NCBI GenBank assembly: GCA_963805085.1
Contig: CAWDTA010000002.1
Span: 352,001-416,000, forward strand
Origin: an uncultured Veillonellaceae bacterium
Lineage (GTDB): Bacteria > Bacillota > Negativicutes > JARBTT01
Direction: 5' to 3'
DNA: 64,000 nt
The stretch's first letter is position 1. Every line of letters begins with the position of its first letter. A program made the position numbers and the translations under genes. The notes beneath the pieces were generated by a model. That model did no database searches. It worked only from the letters and a program-made list of their open reading frames with translations, and was not told the origin of the DNA. Shown piece by piece: positions 61,872 to 64,000 of this stretch.

Positions 61872-63350
61872 TTATTCCTCCAAAATATTGACCACTTTAA
61901 TCATTTTCAAAGTAACATCCGTTGGTCCAACTACCTTCAAGCCAACTTCCTGCATTCGATGGCAATAATCTATGACCTCTTGGCTGATCACTTCACCTGG
62001 ACAGATGATCGGAATGCCTGGTGGATAGAAGGTAATCACTTCGGCACAAATTCTATCTTTCGATTCCCTAAAGGCTATTGTTTTTTTACTGGCAAACAGC
62101 GCTTGGCGTGGCGATAACTTTGCAACTGGTATTACTGGATATACCACGACTTGCGTCTCAATTTTTCCGGCTAAATTACCATGTCTTTCCGCCAACATTT
62201 TTAATGCATTGATAAGCTTTCCTACTTCACTTTTACGATCGGCGTAAGAAATAATAAACAATACATTGTAAACATCGGATAGCTCCGACTGAATACCATA
62301 TTCATGTCGTAAAATATGTTCTGCCTCCGCACCACTTAAACCCAACTTTTTTACCGTCACCGTTAACTTCGTCACATCGAGTGTATATACGCCAGAGGCC
62401 GCCATTTTTTCTGCACCAAAACAATATAGACCAGCGATTTTATTAATTTCTACTCTCGCCCAATTCGCAAGCTCTACTGTCCTAGCCAGCAAAGTTTTGC
62501 CCTCCGTAGCCATCTGCATCCGCGCTACATCCAAAGACGCCATTAACAAATAATTAGGACTTGTCGATTGAACCAAGCTGAGCATTGCCCGCAGCCTCTC
62601 TATATCCACCCGCGCTTTCTTTGCATGAAGCAGGGAACTTTGCGTCATCGAACCAAGAATTTTATGCGTGCTTTGCGCTACAAGATCAGCCCCAGCATCC
62701 AAAGCTTGCATCGGCAGGGCATCGTGGAACTTCAAATGTGGACCATGCGCTTCATCTACGATCAGTAACATATTATGATCATGCACAATGGCAGCAATTT
62801 TTTTTAAATCGGCAGCAACGCCATAATAGGTGGGATGAACCACCAATACTGCTTTTGCATCCAAATGATCGGTCACTGTTTGCGCCACGATCTCCGGGGT
62901 TATTGCCATTGCTATTCCTAATTGTTCATCGATTTCTGGCTGCATAAATACGGGAATTGCTCCACTTAACATAATACCACCAATAACCGAACGATGGGCA
63001 TTGCGCGGTACAAGGATTTTATCACCTGGATTTACCACCGCCAGAATCATCGCCTGAATCGCTCCCGTTGTCCCATTGACAACAAAATAACTTTCATCCG
63101 CTCCATAAAGCTCAGCAGCCAGATCTTGCGCTGCTTTCAGGCATGTTTGTGGCTCGTGTAAATCATCTAACTCTTCCATTAAAGATACTTCCATTGCCAG
63201 ACCGACGTCAGTAATCAGCTCTTTAAACGCAGGATGCATCCCCTTACCTTGCTTATGTCCGGGGGTATGGAAAGCCAAGGCTCCATCGTTAACATACTTA
63301 TGCATAGCAGCCAATAATGGGGTTTCCTGTTGTTTGTATTTCTTCAACAT
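61872..63350 (-). CDS. PLP-dependent Arg/Lys/Orn decarboxylase (YaaO/SpeA-like)
   Basis: FHTPGHK, VNGTTG, PRNAHRS, VDEAHG, QSTHK, YPPGIP. Confidence 0.92.
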   Translation of the reverse strand: MLKKYKQQETPLLAAMHKYVNDGALAFHTPGHKQGKGMHPAFKELITDVGLAMEVSLMEELDDLHEPQTCLKAAQDLAAELYGADESYFVVNGTTGAIQAMILAVVNPGDKILVPRNAHRSVIGGIMLSGAIPVFMQPEIDEQLGIAMAITPEIVAQTVTDHLDAKAVLVVHPTYYGVAADLKKIAAIVHDHNMLLIVDEAHGPHLKFHDALPMQALDAGADLVAQSTHKILGSMTQSSLLHAKKARVDIERLRAMLSLVQSTSPNYLLMASLDVARMQMATEGKTLLARTVELANWARVEINKIAGLYCFGAEKMAASGVYTLDVTKLTVTVKKLGLSGAEAEHILRHEYGIQSELSDVYNVLFIISYADRKSEVGKLINALKMLAERHGNLAGKIETQVVVYPVIPVAKLSPRQALFASKKTIAFRESKDRICAEVITFYPPGIPIICPGEVISQEVIDYCHRMQEVGLKVVGPTDVTLKMIKVVNILEE

Positions 63351-63359
63351 ATTCGCCTC

Positions 63360-64000
63360 TTATCCTTTGTCAACCAAGGGCACTAACACCCGAATTTTTG
63401 TTCCTTGAAAAGCCTTTGTATCAACTAAAAACTGCCCTTTTAAGATCTTGATCCGTTCTTCCATGCCAAGTAACCCATAACAATCCGATTCAGGATGCGT
63501 AGAGTCCACATCTTGAATATTAAACCCACTCCCTGCATCTTCAATCACTACAGATATATATTCACTATTATATTCTATGACAATTTTAGCGACATCTACC
63601 CCAGCATGCTTAGATACATTGTTAAGCGCCTCTTGAATTACCCGAAATAAACTAATTTCAATATGTTTAGCAACTTTGATCTCATCACCAATGACATTAA
63701 AATCAACCCTGAGCCCGACTCTCTGCTCTAATTTATTAATAAAATAATGAATCGTTGCAATCAGACCCAAATCATCTAAGATCATCGGTCTTAAGTCAAA
63801 AATAATTTTCCGTGTTTCGCTCAAACAAATACGGATTTGTTCACGTAGCTCCCTGAGTTCCACTTTAGCTTTTTCGATATCTTTATCGATCAATCGTTCA
63901 CAAGCACTGGAACGATATATCACATTTGCCATCAACTGAGCTGGGCCATCATGTATCTCACGTGATACTCTAAGCCGCTCATCTTCCTGTGCCTTGATAA
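63360..64000 (-). CDS. HisKA_3 sensor histidine kinase (DegS-like); partial, 5' end outside the window
   Basis: Frame is open to the window edge: AQEDERLRVSREIHDGPAQ, LRPMILDDLGL, QEALNNVSKHA, YGLLGMEER. Confidence 0.88.
   Translation of the reverse strand, partial: IKAQEDERLRVSREIHDGPAQLMANVIYRSSACERLIDKDIEKAKVELRELREQIRICLSETRKIIFDLRPMILDDLGLIATIHYFINKLEQRVGLRVDFNVIGDEIKVAKHIEISLFRVIQEALNNVSKHAGVDVAKIVIEYNSEYISVVIEDAGSGFNIQDVDSTHPESDCYGLLGMEERIKILKGQFLVDTKAFQGTKIRVLVPLVDKG

Overview
Low-GC, spore-forming Firmicute chromosome segment; gene content suggests an anaerobic Negativicutes/Clostridia-like organism (inference). Most genes are on the minus strand. The right three-quarters follows the Bacillus origin-proximal order yaaO-(tmk position)-yaaR-holB-yaaT-yabB-rsmI-abrB-metG-tatD-yabE-rnmV-rsmA...yabG...ispE...glmU-prs-pth, with several insertions: cydABDC, a PAS-GGDEF-GAF-GGDEF-EAL gene, a stand-alone GltD-like flavoprotein, xth, and a sporulation-associated block. 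That block contains a GT2, yabG, a CAP protein, two single-SPOCS/DUF3794 proteins (one His/Cys/Met-repeat-rich, one with SH3b), an orphan HipA-like kinase, a minimal L,D-transpeptidase and cphB-cphA. The left end holds a sigma54-controlled galactitol-family PTS/pentitol catabolic cluster whose activator carries RpoN-DNA-binding-domain-like repeats, plus fetAB, a truncated MCP, an MFS exporter and a PfkB kinase-glycosyltransferase pair. The most intriguing candidates are a putative spore-coat kinase module (HipA-like kinase plus split SipL-like proteins), the RpoN-box-bearing enhancer-binding protein with three -24/-12 sites, a guanylate-kinase-like gene occupying the tmk slot, and a 120-bp folded MITE/ncRNA-like element. 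No rRNA, tRNA, CRISPR array or transposase was seen.
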